In this document: positions 31,108-43,685 of the stretch, one piece after another
Layout of the letters: each line of letters begins with the position of its first letter
Numbering within the stretch: the stretch's first letter is position 1
Notes under the pieces: generated by a model
The model's input: only the letters and a program-made list of their open reading frames with translations
The model's database searches: none
What the model was told of the DNA's origin: nothing
Program-made: the position numbers and the translations under genes
From: an uncultured delta proteobacterium
Lineage (GTDB): Bacteria > Myxococcota > Myxococcia > SLRQ01
Assembly (NCBI GenBank): GCA_963727485.1
Contig: CAVSGM010000011.1
Coordinates: 640,001 to 704,000, forward strand
DNA length: 64,000 bases
Direction of reading: 5' to 3'

Positions 31108-31964
31108 CCGGGCCCCGCCCCCCGCGCGCTCGGGCGGCCCGGCGCCTGGCCACCGCCGCGGGCCTCGCCCTCTGCCTCGCCAGCGCCGGCTGCCCCCCGC
31201 GCTACCACTTCGGCCCCGACGCCTACCACGACCCCGGCGACCTCCTGGTGGCCATGCGCAAGGCCCAGGCCGCCCCGGACCACGTCACCGGCCAGGCCCG
31301 GGTCGACGTGGGCACCCCCAAGGGGGCCTTCGGCGCCGACCACTTCGTCGCCGCGAAGCGCCCCGGCGAGCTCCACCTCGAGACCCTGGGCTTCTTCGGC
31401 AGCCCCCTGGCCCTGGTGGTGGTGCACCAGGACCAGCTCACGGTCTGGGACCTGGGCCACGCCCACGCCTGGCAGGGCCCGGCGACCGCGCAGACCCTGG
31501 GGATGGTGGCCCCGGTGGACCTCGGCCCCGCGGAGGTGGTGGCGCTGCTCCTGGGCACCCCGGCGCTCATCCCCACCGACGTGGTGAGCCTCCACCTCGA
31601 CCACGCCCACCACGCCTACCGCCTCGACGTGGGCACCGGGCCCGCGCGCCAGGTGCTCCTGGTGAACCCCAAGGACGACACCCTGCGCCAGGTCACCTGG
31701 TACCGGGGCGACCAGGAGGTGGCGCGCCTCACCTACGGCCGCTACCGCCGGGCGGGCAAGGGCCTGTTCCCCTACGATCTGACCTACCGGACGGCGGCCG
31801 GGGCCTCGGTGTCGGTGAGCTGGCACGACGTCACCCTCGACGGCGACCTCGACCCGGCCCTCTTCGAGGTGGACCTGCCCCCGAGCGTCACCGTGACCCC
31901 CCTCGACCGGGGTCCGCCGCCGGACGTCCCCACCGTCCTCCCGCCGGCGAAGCCGGGGACGTAA
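31104..31964 (+). CDS. DUF4292/LolB-like outer-membrane lipoprotein
   Basis: Lipobox LASAGC; LHLETLGFFGSP motif; beta-rich. Confidence 0.72.
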   Translation: MTGPRPPRARAARRLATAAGLALCLASAGCPPRYHFGPDAYHDPGDLLVAMRKAQAAPDHVTGQARVDVGTPKGAFGADHFVAAKRPGELHLETLGFFGSPLALVVVHQDQLTVWDLGHAHAWQGPATAQTLGMVAPVDLGPAEVVALLLGTPALIPTDVVSLHLDHAHHAYRLDVGTGPARQVLLVNPKDDTLRQVTWYRGDQEVARLTYGRYRRAGKGLFPYDLTYRTAAGASVSVSWHDVTLDGDLDPALFEVDLPPSVTVTPLDRGPPPDVPTVLPPAKPGT

Positions 31965-32113
31965 GGGCCCGGAATCGGGTTCTCCGGCAGGTTTCCGGGA
32001 CGACCCGGCGCCTTGACCGTGTTCTGAGCCGCGTGGTAGCTATGGGCGTTCATCCGCCTATGCGCTGATATTTCCCTTTTCTTTTCCAGGTGTTACGCCG
32101 TCTGGAGGTCCCC

Positions 32114-33995
32114 GTGCGGAAGCCCTCTCGCAGCCTGCAGCTCGTCACCCTCGTCGCCGCCCTCGGCCTCCTCACGGCCACCGGCTGCGTCCGCGGGAAG
32201 TCCAAGGCCGCGAAGTCCGAGGCCGACAGCGCCTCGGAGTCGGCCAAGAGCCCGAGCGAGGCAAGGGTCCGAAGGGCGCGACGGCGGACTGGATCAAGCG
32301 GGCAAGCTGCCGAAGGCGGAGATGGCGGGCACGCCCAAGGACGGCGGCCAGGTGACGGTGCAGCTCTACTCGAGCCCGCCGTCGCTGAACACCAACATCG
32401 ACTCGGACCTCTGGGCCATCTGGATCGTCGACGACAACGTCTACGAGTACCTCGCCCGGCCCGATCCCTACGACGACCCGGACTACCGGTTCAAGCCGGC
32501 GCTGGCCACCAGCTGGGACATCAGCAAGGACGGGCTGACCTACACCTTCCACCTGCGCCACGGGGTGAAGTGGCAGGACGGCCAGCCGTTCACCGCCGAC
32601 GACGTCATCGCCACCTTCGACAAGATCATGGACCCGACGGCCAAGAGCGATGGCCATCCGGTCCTACCTCTCGGACCTGAAGAGCTACAAGAAGCTCGAC
32701 GCCTACACCGTCCAGTTCGTGTGGAAGCGCAAGTACTTCATGGCCATGGACGCCCTGCAGGTGGCCATCCAGCCGGCCCACATCATCGCCAAGCTCACCG
32801 GGCCCAGTACAACGAGGCGGCCAAGGACACCCTCAACCGCCACCCCATGGGCACCGGGCCCTTCAAGTTCGTCAAGCTGGGACACCAACGAGAAGATCGT
32901 CCTCGAGCGCAACCCCAACTACTGGGGCAAGCAGGCCCACCTGCGACGCCTCGTGTTCCGCATCGTCAAGGACTCCACGGTGGCTAAGCAGCTGGCGGGC
33001 AAGGGCGAGCTCGATATGGTCGACCCGGGTCCAGCCCCAGCAGTGGGTGCACATGAACGACCCGGCGCTGGTGAACGACTTCTACCGGTCGAAGTTCTCC
33101 GCCGGGCTACGCCTGGATCGGGTGGAACGAGCACACGCGCCTTCTTCAAGGACGCCCGGGTGCGCCGGGCGATGACCATGCTCATCGACCGCAAGGGCAT
33201 CATCCAGGACATGATGTATGGCCTCCCCATGGAGACCAACTGCCACTTCTACTGGAAGAGCAAGGACTGCGATAACAGCCTCACGCCGCTGCCCTTCGAT
33301 CCCCAGAAGGCGGTGAAGCTCCTCAAGGAGGCCGGCTGGACCGACCACGACGGCGACGGGATCATCGACAAGGACGGGGTGCAGTTCTCCTTCACCTTCA
33401 TGATCCCCGCCAGCTCGGTGACCGCCAGCACATCGCCACCAAGATGAAGGAGGACTTCAAGCCGCGCCGGGATCGACCTGCGGGTCCAGCAGGTGGAGTG
33501 GTCGTCGTTCACCAAGCGGCTGCCCGAGCACGACTTCGACGCCTGCACCCTCCTGTGGGGTGGCGGGCCTCGCGGCGACCCCACCCAGATCTGGGCCACC
33601 GCCTCCGCCGAAGGGCGGCTCCAACTACATCTTCTTCTCCAGCAAGAAGGCCGACGCCCTGATGAAGGAGGCGCGCGGCGTCCTCGACCCGGCGAAGCGC
33701 CACGCGCTCTACCGGGAGTTCGGCAAGATCCTCTACGAGCAGCAGCCCTACACCTTCCTCTTCGTGAGCCCGAAGCTGGAGCTGGTGAAGCAAGCGCGTG
33801 CGCAACGCCAGGGAGACCCTCTTCGGCTGGCAGTGGCGGGACTTGTGGGTCGACCGACGCGCCCCGGAGAAGCCCGCCGCCCAGGCTGCGGCCAAGGCCG
33901 ACCCTACGCCCGCCGCCAAGCCGCCGCCAGCAAACTCCAACCCGCGCAACTGGGGTCCCCCATGTGGCGCTTCATCGTCCGGCGGCTGCTGCTGA
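32114..33995 (+). CDS. oppA: Peptide ABC transporter substrate-binding lipoprotein (family 5); several frameshifts, 3' end uncertain
   Basis: GGAGG RBS + GTG; lipobox TATGC; PALATSWDISKDGLTYTFHLRHGVKWQDGQPFTADDV, GTGPFK, LERNPNYW, FKDARVRRAM, spread over three frames. Confidence 0.85.
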
Positions 33996-34961
33996 TGATC
34001 CCGACGTTCTTCGGGATCACGCTCATCTGCTTCATGGTCCTGCGGATGGCCAACAGCCAACCCCATGACCGCGGACCTGCAGATGGGCTGCAGCGGCGGG
34101 CGCGATCTCCCAGGAGGCCATCCGCAGCTCCGAAGCATCTACAAGCTCGATCAAGCCTTGGTACAAGCAGTACTGCAACCTGGTGAAGCGGCTGGTGACC
34201 TTCAACCTGGGCACCACCTGGCAGGACGGCCGGCCCATCACAGGAGGTCATCGGCGAGGCGCTGCCATCACGCTGGCTGCTCTCGGGCTCTCGCTGTTCA
34301 TCGCCTACCTCATCGCCATACCGCTGGGGATCTTCTCGGCGGTGAAACAGTACAGCCTGCTGGACCAGGTGAGCACGGTGGTGCTCTTCGCCCTCTACTC
34401 CCTGCCCAACTTCTGGATCGGCACCCTGCTGCTGATCTTCTTCGCCGGCGGCCACTTCCTCAACTGGTTCCCCTTGCAGGGCTTCCACGCCTTCCAGGGC
34501 TTCGACCAGATGAGCGTCATCCAGAAGATCGTCGACGTCGGCTGGCACATCATCCTGCCGCTCGCGACCCTGAGCTACGCGTCCTTCGCCGCGCTCTCCC
34601 GCTACATGCGCAGCGGGATGCTGGAGACCATCCGCCAGGACTTCATCCGCACCGCCCGGGCCAAGGGCCTCCCGGAGAAGAAGGTCATCTTCAAGCACGC
34701 CCTGCGCAACAGCGTCATCCCCATCCTCACCATCCTGGGGATGCAGGTGCCCTTCCTCATCGGCGGCTCGGTCATCGTGGAGACCATCTTCGGCATCCAG
34801 GGGATGGGGAACTGGCCCTCAAGGCCATCCGGCTGCCCGACTACCCGCTGGTGATCACCATCGTGGCCTTCACCGCGGTGCTGACCATGCTCGGCATCCT
34901 GCTCTCGGACATCCTCTACGCCATCGTCGATCCCCGCATCAGCTACGGGAAGGAGGCCTGA
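33962..34961 (+). CDS. oppB: Peptide ABC transporter permease (OppB/DppB); frameshifted
   Basis: MWRFIVRRLLLMIP, SLPNFW, RYMRSGMLE..QDFIRTARAKGL, HALRN, DILYAIVDPRI. Confidence 0.88.
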
Positions 34962-34962
34962 C

Positions 34963-36042
34963 GTGGCGCTCCCCGAGCAGAAGCCGCCCGTGGCGGCGAG
35001 ACCCCGACGCCGGGACCGGCGCGCCGAAGCCGGCCCACGCAGCGCCGGGGTACTGGCGTAGCGTGCGCCGCATCTTCTGGCGCCGCCGCCTCAACCGCGT
35101 GGCGACCTACGTGACCCTGGGCATCTTCCGGTGGGCCTCACCGGCAACTTCATCGCCTCGGACCTGCCCGATCCTCCTCCACTTCCAGGGCACGACCTAC
35201 GTCGCCCCCTGCCTCTTCCACCCGCCGCCCTGCAGCATGTACGACAACCAGCTCCTCGCCGAGGAGATGGGCGACCAGGACTGGGCCGTCTTTCCCGCCG
35301 GTGCCCTACGGCTACAACACCCACGACCTCTCGCAGATCCTCCGCCGCCCTCCCGCGAAGCACTGGCTGGGCACGGACCCGTCGGGTCGCGACGTCATGT
35401 CCCGGTGCGTCCACGGGACCCGGGTGAGCCTGGCGGTCGGGGTGGTGGCGGTGGCCATCCTGGTGCTCATCGGCGTCCTCCTCGGCGGCCTCGCCGGGTA
35501 CTACGGACGGCTCGCTCGACGGGGTCTGATCATGCGCATCGTCGAGGTGTTGCAGTCCATCCCCTCGCTCCTGCTCATCGTGGTGATGATCGCGGTCTCT
35601 CACCCCGACGGCTGGTGGGCGGTGGTGGCGATGATGGTCGTCATCGGTCGTGGTGGGGTGGACCGGCGTGGCCCGGCTCATCCGCGGCGAGATCCTCACG
35701 GTGAAGACCAGCGAGTACATCCAGGCGGTGCGCGCCCTGGGGGGCTCCGACGCCCGGATCATCCTCCGGCACATCATCCCCAACTCCATCAGCCCGGTGC
35801 TGGTCAGCGCCACCTTCTCCCTGGCCTCGGCGATCCTCATCGAGGCCGCCCTCTCGTTCCTGGGCTTCGGCATCCCGCCGGACATGGCCTCCTGGGGCGG
35901 GATCCTCTCCCAGGCCCGGTCCAACACCGACGCCTGGTGGCTCGCGGTCTTCCCCGGCTTCGCCATCTTCATCACGGTGACGGTCTACAATCTGCTGGGC
36001 GAAGGCCTCCGCGACGCCATCGACCCCAAGCTCAAGACCTAG
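34963..36042 (+). CDS. oppC: Peptide ABC transporter permease (OppC/DppC); frameshifted
   Basis: HWLGTDPSGRD, GTRVSL, WTGVARLIRG, RHIIPN, EAALSFLG, NLLGEGLRDAIDP. Confidence 0.88.
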
Positions 36043-36050
36043 GAGCCCGA

Positions 36051-36827
36051 ATGCGCATCAAGCTGGGCGAGCTGCTGCTCAAGGCCAGGGTGATCTCCGA
36101 GCAGCAGCTGCAGACGGCCATCGGCGAGCAGGACAAGTGGGGCGGGAAGCTCGGCACCATCCTGGTGCGCATGGGCTACCTCTCCGAGGACCTGCTCACC
36201 AAGGCGCTGTCCAAGCAGCTCGGCATCCCCCGGGTCGACCTCGACAAGAGCCAGCCGGCGCCGCTGGCCCTGCGCAAGGTGAAGGCCCAGACCGCCGAGG
36301 ACTACGGCATCCTGCCCATCGAGCTCCAGGACGACGGCGCCACCCTGGTGGTGGCCATGTCCGATCCCCAGAACGTGCGCGCCCTCGACGACCTCAAGTC
36401 CGCCACCGGCTGCCGGCGCATCATCCCCTACCTCGCCGGCGAGAGCGACGTGCGCCGGCACATCGGCCGGGCCTACGCCTCCGCGGACCTCCGCGAGGAC
36501 GGCGGGGGCGACGAGTTCAAGGTGGTCGACGCCCAGGGCCGCACGGTGATGAAGGCCATCGGCGACATCATGGCCGAGGGGAAGCCGGCCGCCGCTCCGG
36601 CACCCCCGCCTCCCCCGATCGCCGCTCCGGCACCCCCGCCTCCGCCGGTGGCCGCGCGCCCGGCGCCGCCGCCCGTGGCCGACGACGACGATCCGGTGGC
36701 GCTGCTCAAGCGCCTCGAGCGGACCCAACGCAAGGAGGTCCAGGCCCTCAAGGCCATCGTCGATCTCCTCATCGAACGCGGGGTGTTCAGCCGCGACGAC
36801 TACCTGGCGAAGGTGGGCAGGCGCTAG
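36051..36827 (+). CDS. MshEN / T2SSE-N domain protein without ATPase domain
   Basis: KLGELLL...QL..A..EQ...KLGTILVRMG tandem motif; LVVAMSDP; Pro-rich linker; C-terminal LLIERGV helix. Confidence 0.85.
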   Translation: MRIKLGELLLKARVISEQQLQTAIGEQDKWGGKLGTILVRMGYLSEDLLTKALSKQLGIPRVDLDKSQPAPLALRKVKAQTAEDYGILPIELQDDGATLVVAMSDPQNVRALDDLKSATGCRRIIPYLAGESDVRRHIGRAYASADLREDGGGDEFKVVDAQGRTVMKAIGDIMAEGKPAAAPAPPPPPIAAPAPPPPPVAARPAPPPVADDDDPVALLKRLERTQRKEVQALKAIVDLLIERGVFSRDDYLAKVGRR

Positions 36828-37925
36828 ATGCGAAAGAAGCTCGGCGAGCTGCTCCTCGAGGCGGGCCTCCTGGACGAGTTCCAGCTCCAGGCGGCGCTGG
36901 GCCACCAGCGCCAGTGGGGCGGCCGCCTCGGCGAGATCGTGGTGAGCAAGAACTTCACCACCGCCGAGGGCGTCGCCGACTGCCTCGCCCGGCAGATGGC
37001 CCTGCCCCGGACCAACCTCGCCGAGGGTGACCTCGATCCCCGGGCCGCCCAGCTGGTGCCGGTGGAGATGGCCGAGCGCCACGGGCTGGTGCCCGTGGGC
37101 CTCGAGGGGGGCGCCGGCGATCGGGCGTCGGTGCTGGTGATCGCCACCGCCGACCCCACCGATCTCACGGGCCTCGACGAGGTGCAGTTCCGCACCGGCA
37201 AGCGGGTGCGCGCCACCGTGGCCACCGACGCCGCGGTCCGCGCGGCCATCCGTCACGTCTACCATGGCGCGGATCTCCCGCAGCCGACGGACCCCAAGGC
37301 CACCATGGCGGCCTCGGGCCTCCAGCTCGAGCGGGGGACTTCCTTCGATCTCGGGGGGGGCGACGACGCCCCCGAGGCGCCTCCCGGGCCGCCCGTCGAC
37401 CTGCGGGCGGGCGCCTCCGACGACCCCCTCGGCGCCGAGGACTGGGACTTCGACGCCGGGGTCTCGGCCATCGGGCCCCTCACCGGCGCCGCCGCCGCGC
37501 CCCCGGTGGCCGATGACGGGGGCGAGGCCCTCCCGGAGATCGACGCCGAGGTCCTCGAGGAGGTCGACGCGGTCCCGGTGGACGACGACGGCCTCGACGC
37601 CCCGGCGGCCGGCGACGACGGGGACCTCGACGCCGACCTCGACGCCCTCGGGTTCGGGGGCGACGCGCCGGCCGCCCCGGCCCCGCCCCCGGCCGCCCCG
37701 GCCCCGGCCTCCCCGCCCCCGCCCCCGGCGCGACCCCCGGTGGACGACGCCCACGCCCGGGCCATCCTCGACGCCATCGATGCCCTCGCCGACGGCGAGC
37801 CGGCGCCCGAGGCGATGCAGCGCTACGTGAACCCCACCCAGATGGTCGCCGCCCTCATCCGCCTGCTGATCCGCCAGGGGGTCATCGACGAGACGGCCTT
37901 CGTGGACGAGCTGAACCGGAAGTGA
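36828..37925 (+). CDS. MshEN / T2SSE-N domain protein without ATPase domain
   Basis: [12 protein letters not shown]...QL.AAL..Q...RLGEIV; IATADP; acidic/Pro linker; C-terminal LLIRQGV helix. Confidence 0.85.
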   Translation: MRKKLGELLLEAGLLDEFQLQAALGHQRQWGGRLGEIVVSKNFTTAEGVADCLARQMALPRTNLAEGDLDPRAAQLVPVEMAERHGLVPVGLEGGAGDRASVLVIATADPTDLTGLDEVQFRTGKRVRATVATDAAVRAAIRHVYHGADLPQPTDPKATMAASGLQLERGTSFDLGGGDDAPEAPPGPPVDLRAGASDDPLGAEDWDFDAGVSAIGPLTGAAAAPPVADDGGEALPEIDAEVLEEVDAVPVDDDGLDAPAAGDDGDLDADLDALGFGGDAPAAPAPPPAAPAPASPPPPPARPPVDDAHARAILDAIDALADGEPAPEAMQRYVNPTQMVAALIRLLIRQGVIDETAFVDELNRK

Positions 37926-37930
37926 CCTCC

Positions 37931-38992
37931 ATGGCAAACCTCCTCGAGATCCACGGCCTCAAGACCGCCTTCCACACCGACGACGGCACCGTCGTCGCCG
38001 TGGACGACGTGAGCTTCACCATTGGCGAGGGCAAGACGCTCGGGGTGGTCGGCGAGTCCGGCTGCGGCAAGAGCGTCACCGCCCTCTCGGTGCTCCAGCT
38101 GGTCCCCGACCCCCCGGGGAAGATCATCGCCGGCGAGATCCTCTACCGGAACGAGGATCTCCTGAAGAAGGACGCCGAGTCGATGCGGCGCATCCGGGGC
38201 AAGAAGATCTCCATGATCTTCCAGGAGCCCATGACCTCCCTGAACCCGGTGTTCACCGTGGGGGAGCAGATCGCCGAGGTGGTCCGCCTCCACGAGGGCG
38301 CCGACAAGCGGGAGGCCTGGGAGCGGGCGGTCGAGATGCTCAAGCTGGTGGGCATCCCCGCGGCGGCCCAGCGCGCCAAGGACTACCCCCACCAGCTCTC
38401 CGGGGGCATGCGCCAGCGGGTGATGATCGCCATCGCGCTGGCCTGCAACCCCGACCTGCTCATCGCCGACGAGCCCACCACCGCCCTCGACGTCACCATC
38501 CAGGCCCAGATCCTCGACCTCATCCGCCGGCTCCAGGAGGAGCGGGGGATGGCGGTGATGCTCATCACCCACGATCTCGGCGTGGTCGCCGAGACCTGCG
38601 ACGACGTGGTGGTGATGTACGCGGGCCGGGTGGTGGAGCAGGGCACCGCCGAGCAAATCTTCGACCACCCCTCCCACCCCTACACCGTGGGCCTCCTCCG
38701 CTCAATCCCCCACTTCGAGGCGGGCGAGGGCGCCACCCGGGAGCGCCTCGCGGCAATCCCCGGCACCGTCCCCTCGCTCCTCGAGCTCCCCGGCGGCTGC
38801 CGCTTCCGCACCCGCTGCGATCGGGCCACCGAGGCCTGCGCCGCCGCCGAGCCCGAGCTGGTGGCGATGTCCGGGCCGGGGCACCGCGCGGCCTGCGTGC
38901 ACCCCTACGGCCCCGCGGAAGTCGGCACGCCCCCGCCCGCCCCCGGGCACGCCGACCCCACCGACGCCGCCGCCACCGGCACCGGCAGCTGA
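37931..38992 (+). CDS. oppD: Peptide ABC transporter ATP-binding protein (OppD/DppD)
   Basis: [44 protein letters not shown]-terminal Cys cluster. Confidence 0.95.
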   Translation: MANLLEIHGLKTAFHTDDGTVVAVDDVSFTIGEGKTLGVVGESGCGKSVTALSVLQLVPDPPGKIIAGEILYRNEDLLKKDAESMRRIRGKKISMIFQEPMTSLNPVFTVGEQIAEVVRLHEGADKREAWERAVEMLKLVGIPAAAQRAKDYPHQLSGGMRQRVMIAIALACNPDLLIADEPTTALDVTIQAQILDLIRRLQEERGMAVMLITHDLGVVAETCDDVVVMYAGRVVEQGTAEQIFDHPSHPYTVGLLRSIPHFEAGEGATRERLAAIPGTVPSLLELPGGCRFRTRCDRATEACAAAEPELVAMSGPGHRAACVHPYGPAEVGTPPPAPGHADPTDAAATGTGS

Positions 38993-39012
38993 CCCCCAGG
39001 AGCCGCTCCGAG

Positions 39013-40062
<1,050 letters not shown>

Positions 40063-40070
40063 GGCGCGCG

Positions 40071-40511
40071 GTGGACTGGCGGTTCCTCCTCGCCCACCAC
40101 CCGCCGTCCCAGTACGACCGGTGCGTCCGGGTGGGGCGGCTGCACCTGTGCACCCGGTGCCTGGGGATGTACCCGCCGCTAATCGCCGGGCTGGCGGTGC
40201 AGCTGGTCCTGACGGTCCACCACGCGGCGGCGCTGGTGGCGCGGCCCTGGGAGCGGTGGGTGCTGGTGGGGCTCATGGCCCCGGCGGCCTGGGACTGGAT
40301 CCAGGGCCGCCTCGAGCCCCACCGGGGCACCAACCGCTGGCGCTACGTCACCGGCGTGCTCCTGGGCCTCGGCCTCGCCCGGGCGGTCTACCTGAATGCC
40401 CGCACTCCCCTCCACGGGCCGGCCCTGGACGCGGTCGTGTTCCTGGTGATCGTGGTCCTCTTCGGGACCCTGATCCGCCCCCCGGTCGAGGACGACGGCC
40501 CCGGCCCCTGA
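40071..40511 (+). CDS. DUF2085-like membrane protein
   Basis: HH...C...LCTRCLGMY, hydrophobic segments, NRWRYVTGVLLG. Confidence 0.7.
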   Translation: MDWRFLLAHHPPSQYDRCVRVGRLHLCTRCLGMYPPLIAGLAVQLVLTVHHAAALVARPWERWVLVGLMAPAAWDWIQGRLEPHRGTNRWRYVTGVLLGLGLARAVYLNARTPLHGPALDAVVFLVIVVLFGTLIRPPVEDDGPGP

Positions 40512-40589
40512 CCTCGCCCGGGGACGGCGCCCGCGCCGGTGGGGTAGGATGCTCGGCAGATCCTTCGCCCTCCCTGGACGTAGAGGACC

Positions 40590-41241
40590 GTGCAGGTGCC
40601 CGTCGAAGCCACGGACGAAGAGCTCATGGGAGCCTACCTGGCCGGCGATGCCCGGGCCTTCGAGGCCCTGGTCCGCCGCCACCGGGGGCCTCTGTTCAAC
40701 TTCGCCCTGCGCTTCGTCGGGAGCCGGGAGAAGGCAGAGGATTCTGGTGCAGGAAACCTTTCTCAAGCTGGCGAAGCACGCGGACGGGTACCACCGCCGG
40801 GCGAAGCTCTCGACCTGGCTCTACACCATCGCCCGGAACCTGTGCATCGACGAGCTGCGCCGGGCGCGGCACCGCCGGGCGCTCTCCCTGGACGGCCCCG
40901 GGGCGATGGCCGCCGACGGGGCCGAGGGGGCGCCGCTCATCGATGGCGTGGCCTCCGAGGATCCCGATCCCGCCCGGGGCGCCGACGCCTCCCGGCTCCA
41001 GCCGGTGCTGGTCGCCGCCCTGGCGTCGCTCCCCGACGAGCAGCGGGAGGTCTTCGTCCTCCGGGAGTACGCCGGGGTGCCCTTCAAGGAGATATCGCGG
41101 ATCACCGGGACGCCCGTGCCGACGGTCAAGAGCCGGATGCGCTACGCCCTCGAGGGCCTCAAGCGCTTCCTCGCCCAGCGGGGGATCACCGCGGCCGACA
41201 CGGCGGGCGCGCCGGCGGTGCCGGGGACGGTGGGAGTCTGA
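40590..41241 (+). CDS. ECF RNA polymerase sigma factor; frameshift at ~40742
   Basis: DEELM...GDARAFEALVRRH, AEDLVQETF (after repair), TWLYTIARNLCID, LPDEQREVFVL, TVKSRMRYA. Confidence 0.92.
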
Positions 41242-42642
41242 TGCAGGGACACGTGGAAGATCGCCTCCTCGACTACCTCTACGAGGAGCTCGACGACGGA
41301 GACCAGGGCGAGGTGCGCGCGCACCTCGCCGACTGCCCCCGGTGCCAGGCCGCCTACGAGGAGCTCGCAGGCACCCGGTCGCTCATGGCCGCGCTGCCCC
41401 AGGAGACCCCCGAGCGGGGGACCGAGTTCCTGGTGCAGTCGGCCGAGCGGGCGCTGCGCCTCCGGGAGGCGCGGCCCCTGGGGGCCCTGGCGCGCCTCGG
41501 CGCCTGGATCGCCCACCACCCGGTGTCCACCAGCCTCGCGGTGGCGGGGGTGGCGGTGGGGGTGGTCGTGGGGGTGGGCCAGTCCCGGGACTGGCGGATG
41601 GACGTGGAGGCGGCCCAGGCCCCGGCGGCGGCCGAGGTGCCGGCCGCCGCCGCGGCGTCCCGGCTCGCGGTGAAGGATTCGGGTGGACCCCGATGGCCAC
41701 CGGAGCCTCAAGGGCTTCCAGGACGTGCCGGCGGTCTCGGGGGAGGGCGGTGGGGGCGTGGCCCCGGGGACGCCGGCGCCGAAGGCGGCCCGGGCCGACA
41801 AGGCCGCCGAGGTCAACGCCGACCTCCTCGCCGAGGAGGGCCGGAACCTGAAGGCCCGGCATCCCCTCCGCGGGGAGGCGAGCGGCCGGTCCGGGCCCCC
41901 GCAGGCGACCCTCCAGGTGATCCCGAGGGGGCAGGGCGCGAGGGAGGCGAAGAAGAAGCAGGCCGTGGCCCAGGCCCCGCGGAAGCCGCGTGCCCGGCCG
42001 GCCAAGGCCACCGCCAAGGCGGTGCCCCGGACGAAGCCCCGGGTGGCACAGAAGGACGAGGCCCCGGCGGCCGATCAGGGCGTGGTCGGGGGGATCGTGG
42101 GCGGCAGCGTCTTGGGAACGGCGGCCCAGGGTCCGGCCGCCCCCGCTGCGCCGCCTCCGCCGGCCCCGTCGTCCGCCCCGGCCGCGAAGGCCGATTGGGC
42201 GGCGGTGGCGTCGGCCCGGCCCCCGCCTGCCACCGGAGGCGTCGCGGTCGCCGACGCCGAGCGGGCCCCGGCCCACCACCGCGCCCGGCACGCCGCCCGC
42301 CGGCAGGCCCGGGCGCCGGCCGCCGAGCACACCCGCGCCGCAAGCGCGCCCCAGCGGTACGCCGCCTCATCGGGCTCCGCCGGCCGGCCCGCCGACCTCG
42401 AGCGGGCGGTCCACCTCCTCGACGCCGGCGAGGCCAGGCGGGCCCTGCCCCTCCTCGACGCCCTCCTCGCGCGCCCCGAGGCCGGCTGGACGCCCCAGGC
42501 CTACTACGAGCGCTGCCGGGCCCGGATCGCCCTGGGACGGCGCGCCGACGCCGAGGCCGACTGCCGGCGCGTGGTGTCCGCCGGGGGCCCCTTCGCCGCC
42601 CGGGCGCGGCACCTGCTCCTGGTCCTCGAGTCCTCGCAGTGA
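41241..42642 (+). CDS. Zinc-finger (HxxxCxxC) membrane anti-sigma factor with C-terminal TPR-like region; frameshift at ~41678
   Basis: LLDYLYEEL...AHLADCPRC, one TM segment, low-complexity linker, TPR-like end; TGATG coupling to the sigma gene. Confidence 0.85.
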
Positions 42643-42857
42643 CCCGCTGGCCGGGGCCCCTGACCTGCGTCAGGATCGAGGATGCATCGAGGAGGCGTCA
42701 CGGGGTATACTCCTGCGAACGCGCCTCCGTGGGGGGGTGGGTTCGGGATACTCGGGACCTCGAGGCCGTCGGCCCGGTCGCTTCGGATACTTTTTCTTGA
42801 GAGAGGGATCGCGTCCCGACCGGGCGCGAACCAGGACTCGATCAGAGGAGCCAGTCC

Positions 42858-43679
42858 ATGCTCAAAGGGAGACTGCCGCTGGTCATCGCGATCGTGCTCG
42901 GCCTGCTTGCCGGTGCCATCGCGTGGCAATCCATCGATCAGAAGCGCAAGGAGGTGCAGAAGGGGTGGAATCTGGTGCAGGTGATCGTCGCCGGCCATGA
43001 CATCCCCGCGGGCACCACCCTCGACCTCGACATGATCGCCCAGCGTGACATCCCCTCGCAGTTCGTCACCAACTCCATCGTTCGCCCCGAGTCGGCGAAC
43101 CTGGTGGTGGGCCAGAAGGTCCTGGTGCGGCTGCAGGCCGGCGACCCGATCATGTGGGCCGACTTCCAGAGCACGCGCGGCTTCGAGAAGCTCTCGACCA
43201 TCGTCCACAAGAAGGGTCGCGCGCTGACCATCAACGTCTCCGGCAACAACGCCGTGGGCGGCTGGGTCCGGCCCAACGACAAGATCGACATCCTGGGGAC
43301 CTTCCGGGATCCCAAGACCAAGGCCATGGAGACGGTCACCCTCCTCCAGGACATGATCGTCCTGGCCACGGGCAAGATCACCGGCTCCACCAACCTCCAG
43401 CTCCTCCCCGAGTCGGACCGCACCTACAGCAACGTCACGGTGCTCTGCCTCCCCGAGGAGGCCGAGATCCTCACCCTCGCCGAGAACATGGGCAAGCTGA
43501 CCCTGACCCTGCGAAACCCCGAGGACCTCGAGACCATGGAGGAGCGTGGCCGCGCCACCATCGACACCCTCCTCACCGGAGAGCGGATCAAGGCCCTCCA
43601 GAAGACGCGCCTGGCCACCATCCAGGTCATCCGCGCGGGTCACAAGGAGACCTCCCGCGGGGCAGGGCACGGAGGCTAG
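42858..43679 (+). CDS. cpaB: Flp/Tad pilus assembly protein CpaB/RcpC
   Basis: N-terminal TM; SAF domain (VAGHDIPAGT); RALTI..V....VGGWVRPNDKIDIL; LTLTLRN. Confidence 0.92.
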   Translation: MLKGRLPLVIAIVLGLLAGAIAWQSIDQKRKEVQKGWNLVQVIVAGHDIPAGTTLDLDMIAQRDIPSQFVTNSIVRPESANLVVGQKVLVRLQAGDPIMWADFQSTRGFEKLSTIVHKKGRALTINVSGNNAVGGWVRPNDKIDILGTFRDPKTKAMETVTLLQDMIVLATGKITGSTNLQLLPESDRTYSNVTVLCLPEEAEILTLAENMGKLTLTLRNPEDLETMEERGRATIDTLLTGERIKALQKTRLATIQVIRAGHKETSRGAGHGG

Positions 43680-43685
43680 CGCTTC

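Noticed and set aside
36051..37925. Calling these genes GspE/PilB secretion ATPases
   Set aside because: No Walker A/B or ATPase domain in either ORF.
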